A stretch of DNA of 64,000 nt from Octopus vulgaris (GCA_951406725.2 OX597827.1:12462001-12526000); one strand, 5' to 3'; shown: positions 26,499 to 40,715, counted from the first letter of the stretch. Numbers and translations: made by a program. The notes: generated from the letters alone by a model not told the origin.

Positions 26499-27031
26499 AA
26501 TAGTTGGCTGCCAAAGGCAGTAATGTATAGATTTATACACCACATTATGAAGTATCATTGAAGTTTTAATACAGAGACATTATGCTACATTGAAAGTTTT
26601 TTCCTTTGAGTTATTTGACATCAAATTTGCCCTTTATTATCACAGACTTAATAAAATAAGGTACCAACCAAGTGCTAAAGTTGATTTAATTGCTGATGTA
26701 ATTTCCATAGAATTTGTGTTCATTTCCTAATATTAAAAATTAATATCATTCAATCTAGTTAATATTTTAGGTACATGACTTACTTACCCTAATCAGAAAC
26801 TAACAGCTGGCCCCTGAGTAACTTTAGCTGAGTAAACACCGTTGGAAGCATTTGGGTCTAGTTCTTTATAGTTTAAGAATAACATTATCCCTTCCTCTCA
26901 CCTGTTTTGGAGGCCCCCCCAAAAAAGATTATATGAACCACTCACTCTCCCAGTGGTGTAGCTAGAATGTGGACTGCCCAGGGCACCCCTTGAGCTTGCC
27001 GCCACCCTGCCCCTGTTCTCTGTACAGACTC

Positions 27032-27413
27032 ATGGAAGCACTCCGTCGGTTACGACGACGAGGGTTCCGGTTGATCCGAATCAACGGAACAGCCTGCTCG
27101 TGAAATTAACGTGTAAGTGGCTGAGCACTCCACAGACACGTGTACCCTTAACGTAGTTCTCGGGGATATTCAGCGTGACACAGTGAGTGACAAAGCCGGC
27201 CCTTTGAAATACAGGTACAACAGAAACAGGAAGTAAGAGAGAAAGTTGTGGTGAAAGAGTACAGCAGGGATCACCACCATCCCCTGCCGGAGCCTCGTGG
27301 AGCTTTAGGTGTTTTCGCTCAATAAACACTCACAATGCCTGGTCTGGGAATCGAAACCATGATCCTATGACCGCGAGTCCGCTGCCCTAACCACTGGGCC
27401 ATTGTGCCTCCAC
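27032..27413 (-). mobile_element. SINE family C, full length
   Basis: Highly similar to 7210-7599 and 53210-53598. Confidence 0.92.
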
Positions 27414-27544
27414 TGTATTGACATATAATATGTGTTTTGTGGCAATCAATCTATGAATTTGAGAGGAAACTTAACCTGGTTTTTCTAAAGCACCATGACA
27501 AGGTTCAACCCTTGTTGCAGTGTGACGACTTGTAAAAAAAAGGT

Positions 27545-27990
27545 AAAGGTTATTTTCTGAAATCATGCCAACTCATAAGGGTCAGTTTCCCAGCTTCATG
27601 GCATATAAATTCCTTACCTGTCACAGGATTACTCATTTTTGTCAGCTGACTGAACAGGAGCAATGTGAAATGAAGTGTTTTGCTCAAGAACACAACGTGT
27701 CACCCAGTCCAGGAATTGAAACCACAAACTTATGATCACGAGTCCAACATCCTGACCATTAACCCTTTCATTACCAACCCGGCTGAAACCAGCTCTGGCT
27801 CTTTAGTATAAATGTCTTGTTTTCATAACTTTTGAATTCAAATCTTCCACCAAATCCTAGTCACAATTTATGTTCCCAACACTAGCTGAATGATAACTAA
27901 GTTATTTTACTAAATAATTGAACGTAATTGAAAGAAACACAGAACATCTCAAAATAAATACAGTAACAAAAGGGTTAAGCCACAGATCTC
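27545..27990 (-). mobile_element. SINE family E-related copy, interrupted by a piggyBac MITE
   Basis: GGAGCAATGTGAAATGAAGTGTTTTGCTCAAGAACACAAC core. The head is split at TTAA. Confidence 0.7.
27763..27974 (+). mobile_element. piggyBac-type MITE (TTAA TSD)
   Basis: TTAA|CCCTTT...AAAGGG|TTAA, homologous to 22653-22872. Confidence 0.88.
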
Positions 27991-28004
27991 CACTTTGATG
28001 ACTT

Positions 28005-28200
28005 GTGTTTGTCCCCCTAGCATTGCTTGACAACTGGTGTGTTTACGTTCCCATCACTTAGCGGTTCGGCAAAAAGAGACCGATAGAATAAGTACTGGGC
28101 TTACAAAGAATAAGTCCCGGGGTCGATTTGCTCGACTAAAGGCGGTGCTCCAGCATGGCCACAGTCAAAATGACTGAAACAAGTAAAAGAGTAAAGAGTG
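28005..28200 (+). mobile_element. SINE family A 3' half
   Basis: TTTGTCCCCTAGCATTGCTTGACAAC...AAACAAGTAAAAGAG. Confidence 0.85.
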
Positions 28201-28794
28201 ATTAAATAAAGAGCCACTTCCAATTTCTATTGCTCTCATACTGACTAGATATATACTTTCTTCTCAAGTTAGAAATTAACCATGAAATATTTCTGAATTC
28301 AATTATAATAAATCAATGATGTATGCTTGAGAAAACATGTTGATCTTTCACATAAAAATTAAATAATAACAGACTCGGAGCAATTTCTCGGTGTTCTATG
28401 AGAAGTAAAATAATTAAAAGTAAAATTCTTTGTGATTTACAATCTTGGAAAAGAAATAACTATCAACAATTTGCCTCCTTCCAAGAAGTCTCGTTTACAA
28501 TCTTAAATTTTGCCTTCACTCCAAGGAGAACTAGAGACTGACAACAAATTTTATTATGCCATTATGTTTTCACTCAAAGCACAGAAATAACAGCAGACAC
28601 TGACAAATATTTTTCTGTTGACAGCATGTTGTAAATAACAATTATACCAAAATCCTTTATGTTTTGGAGCAATAAACAGTCAATAATTAGCTATGAGGCT
28701 ATGATTCATTTTGACACTTAAGGTCTTAGCACGGTACTTTTAAAAGTTTATGTGATATGGTTCTTTCGGGCTAAAAAGAATAGCAATTTCATAT

Positions 28795-28843
28795 GTACAT
28801 GCATGCATATATACACACACACACACACATGTATGTTTGTATG

Positions 28844-28880
<37 letters not shown>

Positions 28881-29430
28881 GTGTGTGTTTATATATGTAT
28901 GTGTGTGTATGTATGTATACACACACATACACACACACACACACACACACATGTATATTTGTATATATATATATATACACGTGTGTGTTTATATATGTAT
29001 GTATGTATACACACATACACATGTATATTTGTATGTATGTATATATATATAAATATATACATGTGTGTGTATATATATAAATGTGTGTGTGTGTATGTAT
29101 GTATACACACACACACATACACATGTATATTTGTATGTATGTATATATATATAAATATATACATGTGTGTGTTTATATATGTATGTGTGTGTATGTATGT
29201 ATACACACACACACACACACTTGTATATTTGTATGTATATATATATATATACACGTGTGTGTTTATATATGTATGTGTGTGTATGTATGTATACACACAC
29301 ACACGCATGTATATTTGTATGTATGTATATATATATATATATATATATGAATATATACATGTGTGTGTTTATATATGTATGTGTGTGTGTGTGTGTGTAT
29401 GTATGTATACACACACACACACACATACAT
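28795..29430. repeat. (TA)/(CA)/(TG) compound tract with ~70-bp higher-order units
   Basis: Recurring ATGTATATTTGTATG and GTGTGTTTATATATG landmarks. Confidence 0.9.
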
Positions 29431-29436
29431 ATTTAC

Positions 29437-29680
29437 TTTTTTCTTTTACTTGTTTCAGTCATTTGACTGCGGCCATCCTGGAGCACCACCTGAAAGAATT
29501 TTAGTCAAAGAAATCAACCCCAGGACTTATTCTTTGTAAGCCTAGTACTTATTCTATCAGTTTCTTATGCTGAACTGCTAAGTTACAGGGACATACACAC
29601 ACTAGCATCAGTTGTCAAGCAATGGTGGTGGTGGTGGGGGGCAAACGCAGACACACACAAATATATACATATATATATAT
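29437..29680 (-). mobile_element. SINE family A 3' half
   Basis: Tail and body match family A. Confidence 0.8.
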
Positions 29681-29800
29681 ACCGGAGTAAGCACAAGGTG
29701 GAGAAAAGAGTATTCAAATACCAGAGGTAGAGTAATATGCTTTGTTTAAAGGCAGCAGAAATATAACAAAAGCTGTTACTCAGAGTTTCACGCTCCCATC
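29681..29800 (-). mobile_element. Probable Penelope-like fragment with the 3' half of a hammerhead
   Basis: Minus strand CGU-GAAA-CUCUGAG-UA-ACAG (29773-29792). The CUGANGA half is missing. Confidence 0.45.
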
Positions 29801-29959
29801 CTTTCATATTGTTCCAGTCCCTCTTTCAGTCAGGGATGAATGATGGCTAGCCTGCTTTGCCAGTGGAATGGCATCATTTGAAGACTAAAATGATGGAAAA
29901 TGCATTGTGACCAGCGATGTGTAACATCATCTGATAGTCTAGTCAATCACGTGATCACA

Positions 29960-30003
<44 letters not shown>

Positions 30004-30057
30004 TGATAAAAATAAGATAACAAAAGAAAAATGAGACCCCGATATTATGTAAATATT

Positions 30058-30286
30058 TATCTGTAAAATATATATGATAATATTAGGGAGATATAACTCC
30101 AAGTTTCAGATGCTGAGTGGAAAAATTCACCATTTCAGTTATTAGCCATCGGAAAATGCTATGAAAAGGTCATTTTCCATAGCGTTTTTCCGATTTAACT
30201 GTATTGGTTTCCACCTCAGCATCGAAACTTGTTTTATCTTGGCTATAATAGTTGTCACATATTATCATATATTACTTTTACAGATA
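30058..30286. mobile_element. Fold-back element (imperfect ~230-bp hairpin)
   Basis: AAGTTTCAGATGCTGAGTGGAAA vs TTTCCACCTCAGCATCGAAACTT; ATCGGAAAATGCTATGAAAA vs TTTTCCATAGCGTTTTTCCGAT; TATCTGTAAAA vs TTTTACAGATA. Confidence 0.75.
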
Positions 30287-30924
30287 TTTTATATATATAT
30301 ATATATACATATAAGTATGTGGTTGTGTTTGTGTGTGTGTATATATATATATATATAAACACAACCACACACGTGGAAAACAGACGTTAAACGATGATGG
30401 TGATTCACTCTATTTTTGTCGGTTTCAGTCTGCAAGGCTGTTGTAGTCGTTGCCATCAAAGTTTTAGTTGACCAAATCAAAGCCATTTCTTATTTTTATG
30501 TCTTATACTTATTTCATCAAACTCTGTTTGTCAAACAGCTGAGTTGCAGGATATAAATATTTAGTAACAGCAGAATGAATACCTGATCTAACTGAACTTG
30601 ATGCAATCTTGCCCAAGACTTATTTCGACATTGTAAACTATTAGTTTGAATGGAAAAAAAATATGTATTTCTGTATCTCAATAAATAAAACTGTACAGAA
30701 AGACCTTTCCCAAGGTCTGTTGTTCAAAGTTGTTTCATTGATTATATGTAATAGAATCTACACAGTTTCATTGATCTTTTCCAGATGCTTATAATTTATT
30801 TTGATTGATTTCTATATTAGAAATGAAATACACTCACTAGACAATTGAAAAGTTGATAGGCTGATACATTAACCATGAGCTGGTAGTTTGTTCCATGCTT
30901 TTGTTAATTGTTTTAGGTGCCTAT

Positions 30925-31840
30925 GTTGTAGGAGCAGTGGATGTTGGCATAAAGCTGAAGATCAGTGGAAAAGAGAAAACCTACACTGAACTACTGAGAA
31001 ATCTGCAGTTACTTGATCCAGATTACAAGTTGAGGTTTATACCTGTAATTATTGGGGTCCTGGGATATGTAACACACTGCCTAAATACCTTTATATATTT
31101 GTCGTGCAAGATTTTTTATGCGAAGTCGTGTGTTGAAGCAGATATTGTTATATTTCGGAATGGCTGACGGTTAGTAAGGAGAGACACAAATAAGAAAGAA
31201 GAAAACAAAGGACCACTGATGCGGTCACAGGAGTGTGACAAAAGAACTCTGGCCGAAATGAGATTAAGATTAATGTAAAAAATAAATAACACTGAAGCAA
31301 AATAACACCAAATATATAGTGTGTGTGTTTTTATTGGCTAAACTGGCAAAATGACCATTCCGAAATATAACAATGCCTAAATACCAATCTTGAGAAATTA
31401 GGCTTCTCAAAACCAAAATGGAGTGAGCTGATTTGAAGACTACAGATCCAATCCATCACTGGAACTGTAAAAATCTGTAAAACTTTCCAGAAGTTTATCA
31501 GTTAAGTATATATGAGCATGTCTAAATATACAGCTATATGCATGAGAATACTTATATAAAGCAAAACATACAAATCTGCACACATCCATCCATCCATCCA
31601 TCCATCCATCCATCCACACATACATACATAACCTACATACATACATACATACGTGCATACATGCATGGACATACATATATACATACCTACATACATACAT
31701 ATATACATACATACATACATACATACATACATACATACATTGTTGATTTTGAAATTCCAATGAAGGAGCCTTGAATCTCAGTTAGAAACCGGCTCTTTCT
31801 CTATTGCCAAGAAATCTTGAAATAAAACTGAGCAATGACA
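30925..31840 (+). mobile_element. RLE-clade (R4-like) LINE 3' end, (CATA)n tail, interrupted
   Basis: KEKTYTELLRNLQLLDPDYKLRFIPVIIGVLGYVTHCLNT / NLEKLGFSKPK..LI*RLQIQSITGTVKICKTFQKF. Confidence 0.8.
31090..31373. mobile_element. Insertion with 12-bp TSD, internal 20-bp inverted repeat and degenerate hammerhead-like motif
   Basis: TSD TGCCTAAATACC at 31078-31089 and 31374-31385. ATTGTTATATTTCGGAATGG / CCATTCCGAAATATAACAAT. CTGATGC-GGTCACAG...CTCTGGCC-GAAA at 31216-31258. Confidence 0.75.
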
Positions 31841-32657
31841 TACATACATACATACATACATACATACATACAAACATACATACATACAAACATACATACA
31901 TACACAACACAAAACCATGTAGACATAAGAAAATAGATGTAAATTGGGAAGAAGAAAAAATTTAATCTGAATTTTACTATCTTCTGCTTCTTGGATATCA
32001 TTTACAAGTCAATGAGTAGACTAACACATTAGTAGACTAACAAAAACTAAAAGAGAATTGATGGTGAGGAATGAAATACCTAAGGATTTCCATCATTATT
32101 TTGCACAATTCTAAGAGGAGGTTAGTAAAAGGTTATTCGTGATTAAGCTGTTTGTAAAAGTAGAGGAAATGTTTTAAAGTGATTAACCTACTGATCGTAA
32201 GTGTCAGATGAGAGATTTACATTTCTTTAGTTTAACATCAATGTCGGTAGCTCATTATAACAAAAGCCGTATTTCCTGAAGTACTGCTATTAATGCTATT
32301 GGCCTTTTAGGCTCGATCCTTAATTGGTGTTTAACACCTTTTTAATGTACTTCTCAACATTTTATCATTTTTAGCAAAAGTTCTTAAGTAAAAATGAGTA
32401 ACGCCAGAAACACCAATAACGAGACTATTTAATGAATATAAAAGAGAAAGAGAAAATTATTGCAGGAAAATAATACATAAATTTTCACTAATTCATAATA
32501 AAGATGGCTGCTGTTTTTGTCTTGTTTAAAGCCGGACAGAAATTATTGCAATTGCTAATTAACTGACAGCAAACACAAACTTGCTCCGATATTTCTATGG
32601 CATTGTCTATAAATACTCAAGAAAGAGTACTTCCCTTTTCTTTTATTTCATTACATT

Positions 32658-32811
32658 TTCTTCTTTTTCTTCTTCTTTGCCTTCTTCTTCTTTGCCTTCT
32701 TCTTCTTCGTCACCTTCTTCTTCTTCCTCTTCCTCTTCTTCTTCTTCGCCTTCGTCTTTGCCTTCCTCTTCTTCTTCCACTTCTTCTTCTTCTTTTTCTT
32801 CTTCTTCTTCC

Positions 32812-32842
<31 letters not shown>

Positions 32843-32931
32843 CTTCTTCTTCTTCTTTGCCTTCGTCTTTGCCTTCCTCTTCTTCTTCCACTTCTTCTTC
32901 TTCTTCTTTTTCTTCTTCTTCTTCTTCTTCC

Positions 32932-32962
<31 letters not shown>

Positions 32963-32976
32963 CTTCTTCTTCTTCT

Positions 32977-33023
<47 letters not shown>

Positions 33024-33320
33024 TTCTTCTTCTTCTTCTCCTTCTTCTTCCACTTCTTCTTCCACTTTTTCTTCCACTTCTTCTTCTTCCTCTTCTTCTT
33101 CCACTTCTTCTTCACCTTCTTCCTCTTCCACTTCTTCTTCTTCTTCTTCGCCTTCCTCTTCTTCTTCTTCTTCTTCTTCTTCTTCTTCTTCTTCTTCTTC
33201 TTCTTCTTCTTCTTCTTCTTCTTCTTCTTCTTCTTCTTCTTCTTCTTCTTCTTCTTCTTCTTCGCCTTCTTCTTCACCTTCTTCTTCATTTTCTCATCAT
33301 TATTATTATTGTTATTGTTA

Positions 33321-33357
<37 letters not shown>
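32658..33357. repeat. (CTT)n polypyrimidine tract (~630 bp) followed by (TAT)n
   Basis: Read directly. Confidence 0.95.
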
Positions 33358-33358
<1 letters not shown>

Positions 33359-34314
33359 GAAGTAGTAGTTGTGGTAAATTGTCTTGTAAATCTATGACTG
33401 AAATATTTGATGATTTCACACTAATGATGCCCAAAACTTACTTGAACTTTGACCTGATAACTATTAAGAGATGAGGTTAATAAACTAAACCTAAGGTGCT
33501 TTTACTGTTTATTTTTTATATTTTATTTATTTATTTATTTTTTACTTAGTGTGAAGACTTAAAATCAAAAGCTCAAAGCTAGTGAATTCCCCACCACCAC
33601 CACCACCACCACCACCACAATCACCACTAGTATAGTTATATAGAGAAATAGAGCAAAAAGGAGAGAGAGAAGGGGAGAGGAAGGTTTGAAATGATAAAAT
33701 GTTGATCTACTATACATGAGAGATGAAGGATATAGGGTTATAGAAATATCGTTATGGAGTTGCTAAGCATTTCTCTCAACAATGACACATTACACTTAAA
33801 TTAAAACAATGACACACCACTGAAAACATTTTTTTTTTTTAAATCAAGAAATACACACAAAAAAAAAATTATTGATTTGGGCCAGATTTCCAATTTGATG
33901 ATAACTTCTTCCCCCACCCCACCCATGGGCTTCAGAGGCTCTCAGAAAATAAAGGTAATAAAAACTGCCCTTCCCTCTCACTAAATGGTAAAGAACAAAC
34001 CATTTATGGTATGGAATCAAAAGGCATTAAATATCTTCCTCATAATGGAAAATGAAGCATGATCTGTAAGTTCATGCATTGAAGTAGAAATAAGGAAATT
34101 TATAATAGGTGGAAGTTCTACATGTCCTGTTAGCGTTGTAATATTTTACTAGGATCTATGCCATTAGTTGTAGCTCCTCCCATGCAAAAAGTTGGGCTTG
34201 TACCTTGTCCCAATAAATAGATATATCAATATATCTCTTTCTCAGTAACAACTTAATTTCCTTTCATTTATTCTTTTATACTTCATGCCTCCGTTTATTC
34301 TCTTTCTCTCTTTC

Positions 34315-34536
34315 ACTCTCTTTACTCTTTACTCTTTTGCTTGTTTCAGTCATTTGACTGTGGCCATGCTGGAGCACCACCTTTAGTCGAGCACATCGAC
34401 CCCAGAACTTATTCTTTGTAAGTCTAGTACTTATTCTATCGGTCTCTTTTGCCGAATTGCTAAATTATGGAGACGTACACACACCAGCATCGGTTGTCAA
34501 GCGATATTGGGTGGACAAACACAGACACACAAACAT

Positions 34537-34567
<31 letters not shown>

Positions 34568-34757
34568 CAACGGGCTTAGTAAAGAGTAGAAGAGAGAACA
34601 GATAGGTAAGAAGCTTGCTTGCCAACCACATGGTTCCAGGTTCAGTCCCACTGTGTGGCACCTTAGGCAAATGTTTTTAACTATAGCCTCAGGTCGACCA
34701 AAGTCTTGCAAGTGGATTTGGTTGGCACTAACTGAGAGAAGCCTGTTGTGTATATAA

Positions 34758-34790
<33 letters not shown>

Positions 34791-35270
34791 CATTTATGTA
34801 TGTGTATATATATATATATATATATATAGATATAGATATGTATGTATGTATTTATGTATTTGTGTCTTTGTGTCTATGTTTGTACTCTAACCATCATGTG
34901 ACAACTGATGCGAGGTGTTTACATCCCTGTAACTTAGTGGTTCAACAAAAAAGACCAATAGAATAAGTACTAGGCTTACAAAGAATATGTCCTGGGGTCG
35001 ATTTCTTTTGACTAAAGAAAACCCTTTAAGGTAGTGCTCTAGCATGGCCTCAGCCAAATGACTGAAATAAGTAAAAGAATATATATATATGGATATATAT
35101 ATATAAAAGGATTCTTTCAATTTCCATCTACCAAATCCACTCACAAGGTTTGGGTCAGCCTGAAGCTACAGTAGAAGACGTTCAACCAAGGTGCCATGCA
35201 GTGAGAATGAAGCTAGAACCATGTGATTGAGAAGAAAACTTCTTATCACAAAGACACATCTTCGCCTATG
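34315..35270. mobile_element. Cluster of SINE family A pieces: minus 3' half, plus copy, minus 5' half
   Basis: 34315-34575 (-), 34605-35080 (+), 35105-35270 (-). Consistent with a plus copy nested in a minus copy. Confidence 0.8.
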
Positions 35271-35298
35271 TAATTAAATTCAATATCTGTTGATTATA

Positions 35299-35740
35299 AA
35301 GGTGATGAGCTGGCAGAACCATTAATACATTAGACAAAATGCTAAGTGACATTTCTTTCAGCTTTATGTTCTGAGCTCAAATTCTGCCAAGGTCATCTTT
35401 GCCTTTCATACTTTTGGGGTAGATAAAATAAGTACCCATTTCTTTACTACCCACAAGGGGCTAAACACAGAGGAGACAAACACAAACAGACAACCGGATT
35501 AAGCCGATTATATCGACCCCAGTGCGTAACTGGTACTTATTTCCTCGACCCCGAAAGGATGAAAGGCAAAGTCAACCTCGGTGGAATTTGAACCCAGAAC
35601 GTAGCGGCAGACGAAATACCGCAAAGCATTTCGCCCGGCGTGCTAACGTTTCTGCCAGCTCGCCGCCTTAAAATAAGGGTAAGTGTAGTTGACTAGTTCC
35701 CTCCCCTAAAATTTCAGGTCGTGCGTCTATACTAGAGAGG
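35299..35740. mobile_element. Young SINE family D (35439-35669, -) nested antisense inside an old family D copy (+)
   Basis: Outer head AAGGTGATGAGCTGGCAGAA; the inner copy ends CTGCCAGCTCGCCGCCTT. Confidence 0.85.
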
Positions 35741-36103
35741 AAGGATGTCAATTGATTACAAAGAATGACAGGCAGAAGAATGGTGAAATGAATTCCCCAG
35801 GTTTGCAGCTGCCTGAAAAACAGGTAATAAATTTGGTGCTCCTAGGCTTAACGTAGGGGACAATAAATTTTAATTAAAATTACATTTATAGTGACAAAAA
35901 AAAAAAAAAAATTTTAGTTCCTAATTCTGGTCTAAAAAGACAAAGAAAAGTATTCCAGAATTGAAGATAATTAACATAAGTTGCAAATGAATACAATGGG
36001 GAATGAATCTAGTCTTTGGCAGAACAAAGACAAAGCGTCTTTGATGAGATGCATAAAAAAGGAAAAAGAAGGGAACACGCTTTGGAATTAGAATTATTTT
36101 ATG

Positions 36104-36365
36104 ATCATCATCATCATCATCGTTTAACGTCCGTTCTCCATGCTAGCATGGGTTGGACAGTTCGACCGGGGATCTGGGAAGCCAGAAGGCTGCACCAGGC
36201 TCCGGTCTTATCTGGCAATGTTTCTACAGCTGGATGCCCTTCCCAACGCCAACCACTCGGTGAGTGTAGTGGGTGCTTTTTACGTGCCACCTGCACAGGT
36301 GCCAGGCGAGGCTGGCATCGGCCACGGTCGGATTGGTGCATTTTACGTGCCACCTGCACGGAAGC
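36104..36365 (-). mobile_element. SINE family B
   Basis: (CAT)n-CGTTTAACGTCCG...TTTTACGTGCCAC modules x2. Confidence 0.88.
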
Positions 36366-36628
36366 CAGAGAATGAACAGTAATAGAAGCAGAAAAGACTT
36401 AAACTTAGTCCTGATGTGAGCCTTAGAACTCATAAAACCAGAGTATTATCCATTTTCTAAAGTGCATGGCAGTACTCCACATCTTTTTTTCACTTGTGAT
36501 ACACTCATATTCTTTACAAAATTCAGTGGCACACCTGAACTAAAATTATAACTGAAAGTATAGGGGAAAAAATTATATTCAGGTTACACTGCAGCACACC
36601 TAGGATTGTCTCGTGGCATGCCAGTATG

Positions 36629-37165
36629 CCACAGTATACCGGTTATGGAGCACTGGTGTATGGTAGTCTCCTATAGGCTCTTGCTGAGCTACCTGTTCAA
36701 ATGATTTGCTCATTGTGATCAAAAGTATGTACTTTATATTAGTTCATTCCATCTATTAAATCAATTTTACCTGAACAGGTGCATAAATGTGTCACACGTC
36801 AGGTGTCAAAGTGATCACAGAGCAACAAGAGTTGAAGTGTTTTCTCAAAAACACAATGCATACCAGTTATACCAGAGCATACCACCGCATACCACAACAT
36901 ACCGGTTATACCACAGCATACCGGTTATGGAGCACTGGTGTATGGTAGTCTCCTATAGGCCAAGAAAAACGGTTCTGCAATTTCTTGCTGAGCTACCTGT
37001 TCAAATGATTTGCTCATTATGATCAAATGTATGTACTTTATATTAGCTCACTCCATCTATTAATCGACGTTACCTGAACAGGTACGTAAATGTATCACAC
37101 GTCAGGTGTCGAAGTGATCACAGAGTTACAAGAGTTGAAGTGTTTTTCTCAAGAACACAATGCAT
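36629..37165 (+). repeat. Tandem duplication (~230/255 bp) with templated filler at the junction
   Basis: 36629-36861 matches 36911-37165. The filler 36862-36910 is built of ATACC-anchored pieces. Confidence 0.9.
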
Positions 37166-37768
37166 CAGATAGTCCAGGAGAAAACCATGTTCTTGCAACT
37201 GTGAGTCCAACACACTAGCCACTAGACCAAGCACTCTCACTCCATAGAGTAAGAGTGACTAAAGTTAATATATTTTCTCCTGGATGGGACGATTGTCTGT
37301 TGCAGAATTAACTTCCCAGCTATTGCTTGAACTTGTTTACTGCTGAGTGAACTGAAGCAATATGGAATAAGATATTTTACTCAAGAATACAATATAACGC
37401 CCGAAATCAAAACCAGAATCTTACAATCAAGAGTGCAGCAATCTAACCACTAGGCTACATTCCTGTCAGAAAAACCAACTTTGGTTCATTAGGTTGTTCA
37501 GTAATTAAAAAAGAGTCTAATGAAGCAGAAAAGAAGCCAGTAATATCTATTTCTTATATATGCACAAAGTTACAGCTTTATAAATAAGATTTTTCAAGAT
37601 TCTACGGTGTTCAAGCCTTTCTGAATAGTATTAGCACCATAAGTGAAATGCAATTTTATAGCTAACAGTTGAACTGTGAAAGAATGGAATCTATTTTAGT
37701 CTAGTAAACTGAAAGAAGCAGTTATGTGCTTTGCCCCAGGGTGCACACTTCAATCTCATGGCCATTAA

Positions 37769-38012
37769 CCTTTTTTGACTATATTTAAGTTGCACGTATG
37801 TTATAATTAATTTTTGAAAATAATCAAGAATTTAAAAGGATTTAGTTAAGTTACTAATTTCACTGTTAATTAAGCTAGTGTTTGGAATACAATTCAACAA
37901 AGAATTTTCAATATAATTATGACAGAAGGTTTTTAGTTACAAATATTTTTAAATGAATTTTTTTTTTATCATTGATCCAAATTTGGTTTCATTTAGGCTG
38001 GTATCAAAGGTG
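37769..38012 (-). mobile_element. piggyBac-type MITE, old copy
   Basis: TTAA flanks and diverged similarity to 22653-22872. Confidence 0.55.
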
Positions 38013-38578
38013 TTAAGTCATTTGTAATTAATCAAGTTCATTTGCATTGTTAATGTTTTTGGGAAAGGCTTGAATGTTACAACATCTAATTACTCCATTC
38101 ATTATAACTATGTAAGAATTCGATATCAATGTTAAAAATAGAAATATCCTTTCTTTTCTCCTTTATGTCTTCCAGAGGCTCAGATGTTGTAAATATAGGA
38201 ACAAAAGTGTGAATTACTCAAAACTTATCAAATTTCTTTGAAAATGCTTTTATCAAATCGAAGATAATATTATTCAGGAGTGTAATAACCAGTCTGGTGG
38301 ATAAACAGCTTCCAGTCCAGCAGATAAACATCTTTTAATCAATTTTACAATAACCAGCTACATACTTCCAGTATTTCTATTACTGGAGAATGGAAGGATG
38401 AAACAAACAATGCATTATAGATTTTAAGCAATATACTACTGATAAAGGTAATGAAGATAATACAGAACCGTTATAGACCACCGTAGGATAATAGAAATAG
38501 GCTAGAAGTGGCTAAAGAGTAACTAGGGCACTGATCATATATCTAAGTTCTGCCTAAGAGATTCTGTTAAAACTTTAA

Positions 38579-38780
38579 CCCTTTTGTTGCCAAATTTCAA
38601 TTTAAAAGCATTGCCTTTGTTTTAATAAATTTTGAAAATAATAATGTCATTATTAAGCTGATGTTTGGAACATAATAAACATGAGGTTTTGATGGAAGCT
38701 TTTAATTTAAATCACTTCAAAACAAGAAGTTTGCATGAAAGGACCAAAGGCATTCTTGAGTGGTTTGGTATCAAAAAGGG
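38579..38780 (-). mobile_element. piggyBac-type MITE, old copy
   Basis: TTAA|CCCTTTT...AAAGGG|TTAG. Confidence 0.65.
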
Positions 38781-39179
38781 TTAGGCAAGGGCTAATGCAC
38801 GGATATCACTGGAAAATAATATTGTTACTCTTGTTGGTTAACCCTTCATTAACTTTGAGCAGAACTATGATCAAAAGCATTCAATCTGTGGCCATTTGGT
38901 CTGTTTAAGAGCATGTAAGATGACATAATCTAATGTGTTCTTCCCTTATTTTGAAGATGTAACGTAGGTGCTGATGTCAAATTCAAAGACAGCTATAATA
39001 AGGTAAAACAAATCATGATTTTTATCAAGCGTTCTTTTTCTTTCCTTCACCCGAGGAGTTTAATTACTATAAAATAAATGAACTGAAATAACAAACACTG
39101 TTCACAAATTATTAGTACTTGCAAGAATCAGCATCATCACCACCATCATTATCATCAACCAAAATTGTAATCTGTCAAC

Positions 39180-39491
39180 ATCAGTGGAATTTGTAGCTGT
39201 GATACCACTGCTGGTGGCACGTAAGAGAACCATCCAAATGTGGCCGTTTTCCAGCTTCGTCTGGTCCCCGTGCTGGTGGCACGTAAAAAGCACCATCCGA
39301 TCGTGGCCGTTCACCAGCCTCGTCTGGCACCTGTGCAGGTGGCACGTAAAAAGCACCCACTACACTCACGGAGTGGTTGGCGTTAGGAAGGGCATCCAGC
39401 TGTAGAAACACTGCCAGTCAGACTGGGCCTGGTGCAGCCTTCTGGCTTCCCAGACCCCAGTTGAACCGTCCAACCCATGCCAGCATAGAAA

Positions 39492-39495
<4 letters not shown>
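39180..39495 (+). mobile_element. SINE family B with three internal ~58-bp modules
   Basis: GGTGGCACGTAA(AAA)G repeated 3 times, then the family B core. Confidence 0.85.
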
Positions 39496-39912
<417 letters not shown>

Positions 39913-40715
39913 TAATGAATATGTATAAAAAAATTATTGAAAAGTCAATACAATGTAAATTTAATATAAAGCAGGAGTGGAAACCAATTTAAGGAAAACA
40001 GAACAACAGTTTGCCCTTATATTTCAATATTTTGAGATTAAGACCCTCCTGTCAGAAGAAACTGAAGGGAATAGTTTTGAGAATGGTATAAGGAAAAAGT
40101 GTATATATAAATATGTATTTATACATGTATGTGTGTATATATAGAGATAGAGAGCGGGAGAAAGGGAGATGGGTGTTTTTGACAAAGATGTCAAATGTTT
40201 TTAACAAGATAATTACTCTTGTTTTTGTTTTGAAAAGTTATGGTTAGAATGTGCTTATGTCTTTTGTAAATCCTTTGAGATATTTCCTCTAATACCCTGC
40301 TCCATTGGTTCACACTTAACACAAACATCATATATAAACCTTCTGTAAACAGAACTATTCTTCCAATTCGCTCCTTTCTTATATAAACTATTGGAATTGA
40401 GGCAGTGCCAAATGTCGGTGGCGAGGGGTGGGGGTGCAAACGTAGTGAAACCCTTTCCATACTGGCAAGGGATCAATCTTAAAAACAATAATGACAATGA
40501 ATGCGATGGAGGTGGTTGTGGGTGGCGGTGGCGGTGGCGGTGACGGTGGGGGTGGGGGAAAACCAGTTGAAGTTCAGTAATGTCAATAACACAAAAAAAA
40601 AAAAAAAAGGGGGTGAGTGAAAAGGGAGAAGAATTTGATAAGAATGAGTGAGAAATGGTAATGAAATGGTTTGTTATCTTGTTTGCTGTTTGCCATTCTG
40701 ATGGTTCTGTAAAAC

